The notes below the pieces were generated by a model that saw only the letters and a program-made list of their open reading frames with translations, made no database searches and was not told the origin of the DNA. A stretch of DNA of 64,000 bases from Octopus sinensis (taxonomy: Eukaryota). The stretch covers positions 62,001-126,000 of the forward strand of contig NW_021835457.1 in assembly GCF_006345805.1 (NCBI RefSeq), given 5' to 3'. Positions 50,901 to 63,310 of the stretch are shown one piece after another. Each line of letters starts with the position of its first letter. Position 1 is the stretch's first letter. Position numbers and translations under genes: made by a program.

Positions 50901-52438
50901 CATTAAGTGGAACATGTTGCCGAATGTGTTCTGGAATCGAGTTATCTTTAGTGATGAATCGAAATTCAATCTATTTAATCCCGATGGAAGAAAATTTGTC
51001 TGGAGAAAAAGGGGACAAAGGCTTTTAAGCGAAAATGTTACTACAACAGTCAGTTTGGAAAAGGGAACGTAATGGTTTGGGGCGCATTTACATCGGAATG
51101 TTTTTCGGAACTTGTTTGGATAAAGGGAATTATGAATGGGAACTTATATGTAAGTATCTTGGCGGACTACATTCGTATTTGTTGCCTTTTTTGGAGAAAA
51201 CCGGAATCCGATCTCCAATTTATCAGCAAGATAATGATACAAAGCACACATGCAAGGTGGCTAAAGATTTTTTTTAATGAGCACCGAATTGAGTTATTAC
51301 AATGGCCTCCTCAAAGTCCCGATTTGAATCCAATCGAGCACGTGTGGGCCTTCATGAAACATAAAATAAAAGGGACTGAATTAAAAAAAAGAGTGACCTA
51401 TTTGAGGAATTAAAAAATATTTGGAATGATCTTTCAATAGAATATGCGACATCCCTTGTTGGAACAATGCGGAACAGAATTTTAGACGCAATTAATGCTC
51501 AGGGGGGTCATACTAAATTTTGAACTACCATTGTTCTCTTTTTTATTTTGTTTGAAAAAAATTTGGTTTAAATACATATTAAAATCTTTGACGTTTGGAT
51601 TTTTATAAAAGGCAAAAGTTAAGATTATAGCTTGAAATTCGATTTTTTATTAAAATAAATCAATCATTCAATAGAAAAAAATCGAGAAAATGAGTGTTCC
51701 GTTTTTTATTTGTATCGCTGTATACCACAAAATCCGCTCTTTCTTTAAAGATTCCGCAAACACCTTAATGTTAAGAACCACCGGTCTAAGGATTTTTTCC
51801 AGCCAATATAAATGGTTTGGTATAAAGTTAAAGCAATCCTGAAATTTTCGTGGTCTTAAATGCTACTAAATTTTCTGTATTTAGTCTTTCTTGTTATACC
51901 CTGTCACCGTCCATAGAATGGACATAGCTTCTATTTATACTTTGATTGATCAAAATTACAATTAAAAAATTTCTATTGAATTGTTTCAATTTTCTAAAAA
52001 ATTCAATTTCGTCCTTCGTTATTATTTGCATTTATATATTTCCTGACCGATTTTTGTCGTCGTATTGTGCATGTCTTTTTCTGTCGAATTAAGAGAAGTA
52101 AATCCTAGGGCTCTCCTGATGGAGATTTAAATGCAAGCGAGAGACAATTGGATCTGGGGTTGGGCGGACCCACTAGAAAAGCTGTTTGCGACCCTACAGA
52201 TGCTGGAAATATGCCAACAAATTTGCACTCTGTCAATGCAATCGTTGGTGAAGCCGATTGTGCTTCTGAAAATTCACCGATTTCCCAAATTGAGGGAGCT
52301 ATAGAAGAACAGTCGATAAGGATCAAGGGACGCTGTATTATATTTTGAATCGGTTAAAAATAATCGCTCTTATTTTTACTAATGGCTCTTGTTCTTACTA
52401 ATAATTCTTGTTTTAACGGTTTTCCATTTTAAAAGTAT
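47988..52438. repeat. Tandem array of ~825-bp units (three full units and one partial), each with two GC-richer open modules
   Basis: Units start at ~47991, 48818, 49643 and 51925. Module A at ~48105, 48935, 49755 and 52040; module B at ~48500, 49325 and 50155/51721. Unit 3 is split by a Tc1. Confidence 0.92.
50238..51720 (+). mobile_element. Near-complete Tc1 DD34E transposon, IR/DR-type TIRs, TA TSD
   Basis: Ends TA|CAGCGATACAAATAAAAAACGGAACACTC and GAGTGTTCCGTTTTTTATTTGTATCGCTG|TA. Transposase 50501-51521 with GSGRR, VIFSDESKFNL, VMVWG, QQDNDTKHT and WPPQSPDLNPIEHVW, broken by homopolymer frameshifts. Inserted at AGAAA|TA|TACC of the array unit. Confidence 0.95.
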
Positions 52439-54699
52439 TTTGTTATTTTTGGTTAAAATATTTCCGGTATTTTGGATTGCATTGTTATAAAATTTCTAAT
52501 TAGAATTAATTTTTTATTAAAATTATTATTATTCAACAAAGACCACCGTCTAAAAACACAAAATAACTAATCAGGTGATTCCAGCTTCTCTAAGGAAGGT
52601 CGTCATTTTTCCCTAACGTTCTTCACAATATCTTTAGAGATGCGGCGGGTGTGTCATTTGGTATTTAATCTCCCTATTTTTTCGCAAGATCTCCTAAAAG
52701 CGGCAATATTTAGTTGTTCGTTTGATCCTTCTAGAGTTTTGCAAATTCTTGATTGAATTTTCGAACTCGAATCCACCATTTCTCTAATTTTTCTTGTTGT
52801 AGATAAATGCCTTGCATACAAGGTGAATTTTATAACATTTACATTAGGTTTTGATTGAATTAAACCAAATTTAAATAATATTTCTACCACGGAATACAAC
52901 GTCGTTTTTGCAACCACTGGATCAGGGTAAAATTAAATCGTAAAAATGAAATTTTAATTCTCTTAAATTTTTAAATATTATTTAGAATATTGAAGCTGGA
53001 ATAAGTCAGTATATTGCATACAAAAAATTAAACTTAAAAGATGCAATATTATTCAAACATTATGCATCGAACATTAATAGTTCCTAAATATTCAATGCTT
53101 CACACACCAAAATGAATTTAAAACATTGAAAGTATAAATTATAAAAATTTGACAAAATTTTGACAACTTTGCAAGTACCGAATACTTGGATTCAAATTTA
53201 TTCAACATAAAGCTAGATTCGTCCAGTAATCCTTTACAATCCCAACTTTAATAAGATTAAAAAATTAATTTACAACTTTATCCCCTATGGCAGGGTCGGT
53301 AAATACTTTTGGTAAAGTGCCAATTTTGAATAATTTTGGAAATTTCGAAAAATTGAAGAGGCTACTTCTACACTTGTCCAAATCAAAAATTCAAACTCAT
53401 AAAATTAAATAGACATTCATTTAAAAAATAATTAAGAATTCATTAAAAAATAAAATTAATTAGCCTCATTTCTTTGGTAGTTTCTAATCTCTGAGTCGTA
53501 ACTCGTTAATGTTAACCTGAGGTTAAACTTCAGATTCGAATCTGTAATTTTGTTTCTTAATTTCGATTTTATATAATTCATGTACGAAAAACTTTGTTCA
53601 CACATATAAGTGGACCCAAATATTGTCAATTTTTTTAATTAGAACTTGTAATATTCTTGAAGATATTTTTTTACAATTCAGATATTTAATTAGCAGACAT
53701 TTATAAAAAGAATCTGAAAGAAAATTCCACTTTTTGAAAATCAAATCTTCAATTTTCTTTAGTATAAAATCAATATCACTTTTAATTTTACTGAATCATT
53801 TTATGTTCCAAGGTTTCAAGTTCTTCTGAAAGGCGAATTAACTTTGATACCCATAATTCCTTACATGTCAAGTCCATTAGCTGCATTTCGAACTCAACTG
53901 CTTTAATTTCAAGTGGCAATAAATTTAAAGTGCTGACTTAGCACATAGAGGGTTTATAACGAATGATAGAGTTACCTTTTATTTTCTAAAATCCTTAAAC
54001 ATTTTAATATTTAAACGTTCATTTTGAAAATGTCAAACGTTTGCGCAGATAGTGCTTATTGGTGGATAATAAAATGTAGAGTAATCACTTCGTGGTCAAT
54101 TCTCTTTTTAATTAGCGTTATAAATCCCTTTCTCGATCCCAGTATGCGTGCAGCAACGATTTTATTAAGAGAAATAAAATTCGTTTCAAAATATTTTACG
54201 ACTGCGCCAACAAGATATTCACCACGAATTTGACACTTTAAAGCCAATAATGCCAAAACTTATTGCCTCAGGAAACCTCGACACACATAACGAACAAACA
54301 AAAACACCTAAGTATGACATTAACAATGTCATTTATATCACATGATTCATCTACTGCAAATGAATTAGCCAATTTCATGTCAGAAACTTGTTGAACAGAC
54401 ACATTCGAAGACACCTTAAAAGTCCTGTAGGCTACTATTTTTGCAGATAAAGTTACACTAAAGTCTTTCGAATCCGCAAATTTCGAGGATCGGAAAAATC
54501 TGGCGGATTTGAGAGACTTATGGATTTTTTAATCCATTAAAAATTTAAATTATTAAGCCAAAAAAATTAATTAAAACCAAAATAATCAGTAAGTTTCGAC
54601 TTTTTCTTTTTCGAGATTGAAGATCCAATGTTTTCAATATACTCAAGATTTTCTATATTAAAAAATTCTTCTACGAAAATAATTTTTTTGCAAGCATTA

Positions 54700-55390
54700 A
54701 TTGTGCCTGTCAACCCCACTCGGCCGATTGGCTTGACGCTTTGCCGATTTCCTCTGCTGGAATGTTCCTGGACAACGAATCCGTCCTCATTGGTTTGTGT
54801 CTACGCCTTGGGATCGAGATGTGCCAGTCACATCAGTGCAAATGCGGAAAAGCCATTGACAGGAGAGGGCTACACCCCCTCTCTTGTCGCCTCAGTGCCG
54901 GCCGTATACCCAGACATGCCACCTTGAACGATATTGTTGAGCGCGCGCTCACCGCCGCCGGATTCCCTTCGGTCCTGGAGCTGGTTGGGTTAGACCGTGG
55001 TGACGGAAAACGTCCCGATGGATCCACGCTATTCCCGTTCAAGCGGGGACTCGCTCTCGTTTGGGACGTGACCTGTGTCGACTCGTTTTACTCGTCATCT
55101 CTCATCGACTCCGCGTCCCGCCCTGGCTCAGCTTCCGCAGATGCCGAAGCGAAAAAAATCGCAAAGTACGCCTCATCGGAGAACACCTGCCTTTTCGTCC
55201 CCCTGGCTTTCGAGACGAGTGGGATAATCGGCCCGAAAGCCCTGGAGTTCCTTTCAGAAATCGGTTTGATGATCTCGAGGAAAAGTCACGAGAGACGTGA
55301 GTCTAGCTGGGTTTTTCAGCGCATTTCGCTCGCGATATTGCGCGGAAACTGCCTATCTATTCGCGCGTCCTCTCAATCAAAGAATTAGCA
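54700..55390 (+). mobile_element. CRE-clade retrotransposon 3' fragment (RLE domain)
   Basis: WLDALPISSAG..LRLG..HQCKCG..HPLSCRLSAGRIPRHATLNDIVERAL..KRPDG..LVWDVTCVDS..VPLAFETSG..ISLAILRGN. Confidence 0.92.
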
Positions 55391-55454
55391 TCATAAATTC
55401 ACTTAATTAACACTCGAACTTGTTTTGTTAAAAAAATTCTTCTTGATTACAGAA

Positions 55455-55830
55455 CTGAGGCCAGTTTTCATCCTGGGGTCAATTCTCCTTATCGTTCCCC
55501 TGCCCGTGAGGCAACAAGTAATTCTGGCACGACACAGTTGGAAATGGGGATCTCTTACCTTCCTTCCGGTCTTAGCGTGGCGTTATGGGGTCCACCATGT
55601 CAGTTGGAAAATTCCAACCGGATATGGCAACGCTCAGGAGGCACTTAATGCCTACCGAAAAAGGACTTCTAGATCTCAGACCCTGGGACATCGTCGTCTC
55701 AGGCCGATCATGCGGGCAGGATCGAACCTTTCAGTAGGATCTCCCTCGTTTGGATCGGCGATCACGGGGATTATTATAATTAACTGGCTTACCCGTCTTT
55801 GGTCTTTAATAAATAAAAAAAATAAATAAA
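55455..55830 (+). other. GC-rich self-complementary island with A-rich 3' tail; SINE-like or structured RNA, unclassified
   Basis: CCTGCCCG (55499-55506) is complementary to CGGGCAGG (55713-55720). Hairpins at 55603-55618 and 55639-55653. Ends AATAAATAAAAAAAATAAATAAAAA. Confidence 0.4.
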
Positions 55831-57292
55831 AACTCTTTTAATTTGTTTAAAGCGATAAAAGCCTCGTTAATAGTAACAACTTTCTGACTTTGTTCACACG
55901 GTTCTTCGCTAATTTCTTGTTCTATTTTTTTCTGAATTATTTAATTCAAGTTCTTCACTTTCGTTATATTCAATCTTAATATAAAGACTCTCTTCTAATG
56001 GATCAATAATATCTATTTTTTCCAGAATATGATCATAATTTTCAATTAAGGGATTTTCATAATTAATATTTTCATTGTTTTGAGTCAATTTTGCATGAGT
56101 GAAACAATTTAAAATTAAGGAACTTTCTATTTTGTTCCAAGCATAATTAATATGTGAATAATATTGAATCTTTTATGCTTAGTTGTTTGTATGAAACATA
56201 GGGGTTTGTCCCAGCTTCAATTTTTTTAATTATATTAAAAAATTTTAGAGAATTGAAGTTACATTTATACGATTTAATTATACCCTGATCCATGGGCTGT
56301 AAAAAAGATGTTGTATTAGGTGGTAGAAATAACATCTCAATATGTTTTAATTCAATGTAAATTTCATGAAATTCACCTTATGTGCAGGAGATTTTAAACA
56401 AGTAAAATTTTTCTATCTTGTTAGTAAAGATAATTCATCATTTGTTTGAATAAACTTCAAAATCTAAATTTTTGATTGTTCTTAGGTCTGGTACAGTTAC
56501 GTTTCATTAATACAACAACAAAGACAGATGTAACGTGTTAATAAATTGATTATTTATAAATAAATTTAATTCAAAAATTATTTAAAATTAGGACACATGG
56601 CGGATTCATTATAAAAAAATGGCGGATAAGAGAATTTATTAGTTATAATTGGCGGATTCGAGAGACTTTACTGTCATTATCTTATTCACGATTTCTGCCT
56701 TATTTGAAAAATCGTTAAAAAGTTCTTCACAGGTTGTTCTGAATTAGATGTGAATGCAAGATACAGTCCATTTTGATTGAAAATGTCGGGCATTATAGAT
56801 TTTTTTTGTTTTATTTCTAGGCACATATAATGTACCACCAAAAATTCATGTTAAATATGTAAACATTTTTTTATTAACAAAATAATTATTAATAAAGAAA
56901 AAATTAACAAAAAAATTAAAAATGAAAAAGCCAATTTTAACCAAAGTTTGAAATACATGCTATATCGTATAAGCAAAATTTAAGAGTAAATATGTAAACT
57001 TTTAAATATTTTTACAAAAATCATATATAAAAACAAATAAACAGTTATAAAAACAATAAAATTGAAGAGCCTACTTAAGACTCAAAGAGCCATCAAAGGC
57101 TCGCAAGCCCGCTTTGCCGACCCTACTCTATGGCATAATTGCATTTATTACAATGCACGCACATTGGAAAACGAGTGCATCGTTATATTGTAGGAATAAA
57201 CCGAATATTAAATTCAACTTTGGCCTACAAAAGCAAAACTGAGATAATTATAATCATAAAATCGACTATAAACGTCAATAACTTATAGAATA

Positions 57293-57903
57293 CATTTTTT
57301 ACTTTTAATTAAAGTTTTTAAAACTTTTCAGATCAATAAGGTCAATTTTATCTAACACATTCGGACCAGAAACGATAAAGTAATTAGTTTCATTCAAGTT
57401 CTAATTCAGTAATAAAACAGATTAACTTTAGGTGAAACAAAAACTCATATACATCGCACTCTGAAATGAATTTTCTTATGACCTCACTTTTCACGACAAA
57501 GTAATGTCGGTGACAGAGAAATTCAATTTTGTTGACGCCTCTGTGAGACATCAAATGTAGTGAACAAGCCTACATCTCTGCCAGACAGTCCGGATGAATT
57601 ACTATGATTTCAATTTTCCCATTCAAATAAAGTCTTTACTTATCATTTTTGACAAAAATGGGAAGATTTTTAGGCTAACAGTCGTCGACCTCGGGCATTC
57701 ATAACCTTCGGGAATACCCAGATTAACTCTTCGTTAATTTGATTGTATTCTGTAATATTTATGACGTAACGTTTAAACCCAGACATAATCAAGTGTCGGA
57801 AAACACGGTGTTGAAATTAATACACTTTTGGTTAGACCATTTTTAAAGAGATAATTCAATTGCAATTTTTAATTAAAATATTGATTTATCTACGTTCTTC
57901 CAT
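57293..57903 (-). pseudogene. FBXO47: FBXO47 5' half, truncated at the left boundary of the duplication
   Basis: Matches 60711-61320, but is followed on the minus strand by unrelated sequence instead of the MSLDEQ exon. Confidence 0.6.
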
Positions 57904-58922
57904 ATATCAATTGCTATATACAACATTCAATATTTTTTATACAGTTGCCACAAATACACGTAAATAGACAGGCTGCCCATAACGACATGGTTGCCCATAT
58001 CATAATATTTCGTGAATTTAATTGAGAAACCAGCAACAATGAATTTATCAAACTCAAATTAATAGTCAAAAATTGTAAAAATCACTTATTCGTATTAATG
58101 TTGGAGTTAGTTTTAAAAATAGATACAAAACATTAACAGTTTTCATTCCCATAAGTTTATTTAAGTTCAAATCAATGGTTTTTTGTCGACAGTTCTTTAT
58201 CCTCATTAATATTTTTTCGACTATCTGATCCCAATCTGAATTTTTTAACTAAAATAATTTTTAAAAAATACTTTTGATTATTATTTCCTTGTAATTTGGG
58301 TGTTTAATATATTTTAATGTTAGTATGGGTAAAAAATTCATAGTTATTTTCTTATGAAAACATACAAAATTATTTTTTTGTAAATGTGGCGAATTCGAGA
58401 GGATTTTTTAATCGACTTTTTAAACTATTTTCTTATAAAACTGAAAAATTTAATTTTTTGTTAATGTGCCAGATTCGATAATTTCTGTAGGAAATGTGTA
58501 TTTTTATTCAAAAAATGACCGATTCGAGAGATTTTACAGTACGTACTCAAATTTAAAGTTTTTGCTAGCTGTGAAATCGGTAATTCCATGTAGAATGGCG
58601 ACGTTTTTTGCTTTTAAAAAGAATTGTTGTCCATAAATCCGCCACGAAGTTCCAGCCATGTCATAACTTTTGTACCAATAGTTGAATATGTTAGATTGAA
58701 TAGGCGCTTTTTGCGTGCGAAAAGAGGATCACTATCAAATATTTTTGTAGAAATTTTCAATTTTTTGAAAAAATGTGGCAAGCAATAGAGGTTTGACTTG
58801 TGTTCGTAAAAAATTCGTTAGCGTGGATTATTTTACGTTGCAATGGGTAATTTTAGGGTTCCAACTCTTTTTGTTTATAAATTCGTAAAAGCTTTCGATA
58901 ATAAATTTTGTTAATTATATAT

Positions 58923-59509
58923 GTCGCGAGCGCAGCGAACGACCACTCAATTTCTAGATCCGATCAATCAAAAAATCTATAAATTGACAAATACCCAGGC
59001 TTGTATTTGGGATTAAATATATTCGATAACAAAAATTAAAATCGATGCCAAAGCAGAATGAGCTTTAAAACCGATTTCATAAATAAAAATAATATTTTAA
59101 AATGTATAATTGATATTTTAGAATAATGAGAAAAAATCTAAATGCTTCATAATTTATAAAAATGTCAAAACAAGAATCTTCTGAAGGAGCAAGCCTGTCT
59201 GCACAGTTCATTTTTGATTAGAAGACCTAATTTTAGAGATTAAAACGAAAAAATAGCAATGAGATCTGTCAAATTATTACCCCCCTCACAACCTAAACCA
59301 ATTAGCGTTCAGTATTCATTGATTTTACTTTTTCTATTAAGGTCTACTTATAAATTATTTTATGGATTCAATGGAAAACTTAAGTTATTTCAATTTTAAT
59401 TTTAAATCATGTTAAAATTTTAAATAATTTAATAAATATATTTGTTGATGATAGGCTTGTTAGGTGTCAAAGTCGCGTCTAGCGCTCGGTCGCGCGCTGC
59501 GCTCGCGAC
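58923..59509. mobile_element. Element bounded by GC-rich ~22-bp inverted repeats (MITE or Helentron/HINE-like); second copy at 62335-62919
   Basis: Left GTCGCGAGCGCAGCGAACGACC, right GGTCGCGCGCTGCGCTCGCGAC. Both are flanked by ATATAT, and each arm can form its own hairpin. Confidence 0.6.
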
Positions 59510-59901
59510 AATATATTTAGATTTTAATGAGTTTTATTCCGCTTTTTGTAATTATATTTCTTCATTTCGAGTTAACTACGAACGGAACTCTTAACGGAAC
59601 GCGTCAAAATCAAATTATCCAAATAAAACAATTTGAATTGAAAAATAATGTTCTTTTCTAGAAAAAATAAAACATGATGATTGGCTATTTGATTTTATAT
59701 TTGCAATAAAAATTTTTAACGCCAAGAAAACAGAGTAAGGCGATGTAAAAATAATACCAGGAAAAATTAAGGAATACAAAAACTTGCCAGTCACATAGAA
59801 GACATACTACAGGGAAAATGACTAGCAGCTATCGCTCTTAAAAGACTAAAAAACGCACGTCGAACTGAAAAAATAAACTTTTTTGAACTTTGCATGAACA
59901 G

Positions 59902-61320
59902 TTATGAACGTTCGACAACGGGATATGCCATTCCCATCAACTCCCTGAGGAACCCCCTTATCCCGTCCACAGCCTGGCCAAAGTGTCGATCTTAATTAGA
60001 CTAATATAACTACTCATGTTGTATTCTCGTGCGTCGATTGCAGTCTGTACTAGAACATCGCATATTCCCGCAAAGAAGTGCTGTCTTATATCCATTCGCC
60101 CTGCTCTTTCCGCGACCACTGCCAAATCGCGGACAAATTCAAAAACCCACGTGATTGGATAACCAAAACGACGTGAAATCTTAAATAATGTCCCAAACAT
60201 ACAAAGAAAAAGGCAGCAACTGTCTGTGCCACTTCAATGACCAGGCCTTCCAGCAAATCACTCTCCAACTTGTTTCGGGTTATGGAATTTCCTGCAAAAT
60301 TAAGCAGGCAGGCCACGTTTTCTGGAAGCCATTCGAAAGGGAAAACTAATTTTGGAGAATGTGCCAATACCTATCAATTCTTGGACAAGATCGTTGATTT
60401 GAGGCACAGTTCTGTGCTCGGAAAGACATTTGAGGACTCGGGCGAGAAGGGAAAAATGTTCGCCTGCTTGGCCGACATTTTCAGCAGTACTTTCGACCAT
60501 TTCATACCACAAAATATTAGCTAAACTGATCAAAATAAACCTACATTTATAGACAGGTCCAAATATAAGGTAAAGAAGACGAGCTTGTTTACTTGTACTC
60601 AGTTTTTGACTGATTAGACCAAACCAGAAGGACTTTCGAATAATTGACTCGGTTTGTCCAAAAAACAAACAAGACAGTAAAAGTCTTAGTTTAATTTGTT
60701 CGTCCAAGGACATTTTTTACTTTTAATTAAAGTTTTTAAAACTTTTCAGATCAATAAGGTCAATTTTATCTAACACATTCGGACCAGAAACGATAAAGTA
60801 ATTAGTTTCATTCAAGTTCTAATTCAGTAATAAAACAGATTAACTTTAGGTGAAACAAAAACTCATATACATCGCACTCTGAAATGAATTTTCTTATGAC
60901 CTCACTTTTCACGACAAAGTAATGTCGGTGACAGAGAAATTCAATTTTGTTGACGCCTCTGTGAGACATCAAATGTAGTGAACAAGCCTACATCTCTGCC
61001 AGACGTCCGGATGAATTACTATGATTTCAATTTTCCCATTCAAAAAAGTCTTTACTTATCATTTTTGACAAAAATGGGAAGATTTTTAGGCTAACAGTCG
61101 TCGACCTCGGGCATTCATAACCTTCGGGAATACCCAGATTAACTCTTCGTTAATTTGATTGTATTCTGTAATATTTATGACGTAACGTTTAAACCCAGAC
61201 ATAATCAAGTGTCGGAAAACACGGTGTTGAAATTAATACACTTTTGGTTAGACCATTTTTAAAGAGATAATTCAATTGCAATTTTTAATTAAAATTATTG
61301 ATTTATCTACGTTCTTCCAT
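59902..61320 (-). CDS. FBXO47: F-box only protein 47 (meiotic F-box protein), apparently complete copy with indels
   Basis: KSFWFGLISQKLSTSKQARLLYLIFGP, ILWYEMVE and NDLVQEL..PFEWLPENVACLLNFAGNSI match FBXO47 SAFWL..NQARLLYIIFGP, VVWQEMIE and SLVDEL..PREWLLENNARLLMLSGNNI. The N-terminal half (NARGRRLL, CDVYEFL) is weaker. Confidence 0.8.
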
Positions 61321-63310
61321 ATATCAATTGCTATATACAACATTCAATATTTTTTATACAGTTGCCACAAATACACGTAAATAGACAGGCTGCCCATAAC
61401 GACATGGTTGCCCATATCATAATATTTCGTGAATTTAATTGAGAAACCAGCAACAATGAATTTATCAAACTCAAATTAATAGTCAAAAATTGTAAAAATC
61501 ACTTATTCGTATTAATGTTGGAGTTAGTTTTAAAAATAGATACAAAACATTAACAGTTTTCATTCCCATAAGTTTATTTAAGTTCAAATCAATGGTTTTT
61601 TGTCGACAGTTCTTTATCCTCATTATAATTTTTTCGACTATCTGATCCCAATCTGAATTTTTTAACTAAAATAATTTTTAAAAAATACTTTTGATTATTA
61701 TTTCCTTGTAATTTGGGTGTTTAATATATTTTAATGTTAGTATGGGTAAAAATTCATAGTTTTTTCTTATGAAAACATACAAAATTATTTTTTTGTAAAT
61801 GTGGCGAATTCGAGAGGGTTTTTTAATCGACTTTTTAAACTATTTTCTTATAAAACTGAAAAATTTAATTTTTTGTTAATGTGCCAGATTCGATAATTTC
61901 TGTAGGAAATGTGTATTTTATTCAAAAAATGACCGATTCGAGAGATTTTACACTAAGTACTCAAATTTAAAGTTTTTGCTAGCCTTGAAATCGGTAATTC
62001 CATGTAGAATGGCGACGTTTTTTGCTTTTAAAAAGAATTTTTGTCCATAAATCCGCCATGAAGTTCCAGCCATGTCATAACTTTTGTACCAATAGTTGAA
62101 TATATTAAATTGAATAGGCGCTTTTTGCGTGCGAAAAGAAGATCACTATCAAGTATTTTTTTAGAAATTTTCAATTTTTTGAAAAAATGTGGCAAGCAAT
62201 AGAGGTTTGACTGCGTTCGTAAAAAATTCGTTAACGTGGATTATTTTACGTTGCAATGGGTAATTTTAGGGTTCCAACTCTTTTTGTTATAAATTCGTAA
62301 AAGCTTTCGATAATAAATTTTTTTAATTATATATGTCGCGAGCGCAGCGAACGACCACTCAATTTCTAGATCCGATCAATCAAAAAATCTATAAATTGAC
62401 AAATACCCAGGCTTGTATTTGGGATTAAATATATTCGATAACAAATTAAAATCGATGCCAAAGCAGAATGAGCTTTAAAACCGATTTCATAAATAAAAAT
62501 AATATTTTAAAATGTATAATTGATATTTTAGAATAATGAGAAAAAATCTAAATGCTTCATAATTTTAAAAATGTCAAAACAAGAATCTTCTGAAGGAGCA
62601 AGCCTGTCTGCACAGTTCATTTTTGATTAGAAGACCTAATTTTAGAGATTAAAACGAAAAAATAGCAATGAGATCTGTCAATTATTACCCCCCTCACAAC
62701 CTAAACCAAATTAGCGTTCAGTATTCATTGATTTTACTTTTTCTATTAAGGTCTACTTATAAATTATTTTATGGGATTCAATGGAAAACTTAAGTTATTT
62801 CAATTTTAATTTTAAATCATGTTAAAATTTTAAATAATTTAATAAATATATTTGTTGATGATAGGCTTGTTAGGTGTCAAAGTCGCGTCTAGCGCTCGGT
62901 CGCGCGCTGCGCTCGCGACAATATATTTAGATTTTAATGAGTTTTATTCCGCTTTTTGTAATTATATTTCTTCATTTCGAGTTAACTACGAACGGAACTC
63001 TTAACGGAACGCGTCAAAATCAAATTATCCAAATAAAACAATTTGAATTGAAAAATAATGTTCTTTTCTAGAAAAAATAAAACATGATGATTGGCTATTT
63101 GATTTTATATTTGCAATAAAATTTTTAACGCCAAGAAAACAGAGTAAGGCGATGTAAAAATAATACCAGGAAAAATTAAGGAATACAAAAACTTGCCAGT
63201 CACATAGAAGACATACTACAGGGAAAATGACTAGCAGCTATCGCTCTTAAAAGACTAAAAAACGCACGTCGAACTGAAAAAAATAACTTTTTTGAACTTT
63301 GCATGAACAG

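Larger units (their letters stand above)
54456..56673 (-). mobile_element. pogo/Tigger element remnant
   Basis: Left end TA|CACTAAAGTCTTTCGAATCCGC, right end GCGGATTCGAGAGACTTTACTG. DDE remnant LFLPPNTTSFLQPMDQGIIKSYK at 56147-56335. Confidence 0.8.
53291..57125 (-). mobile_element. hAT element (decayed transposase on minus strand) containing nested pogo, CRE and SINE-like inserts
   Basis: TIRs CAGGGTCGGTAAA / TTTGCCGACCCTA (11 of 13 match). TSD CCCTATGG / CTCTATGG (7 of 8 match). Remnant GSRKGFITLIKK..ITLHFIIHQ at 54056-54256. Confidence 0.8.

Noticed and set aside
55560-55700. RNase P (GGTCTGAGA) or SRP helix 8 (CCGGAAGGAAG) similarity on the minus strand
   Set aside because: The CR-I GGAA, the CR-V partner and the SRP CAGG/AGCA loop are absent. 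GGTTCGATCC alone does not form a tRNA T-arm.
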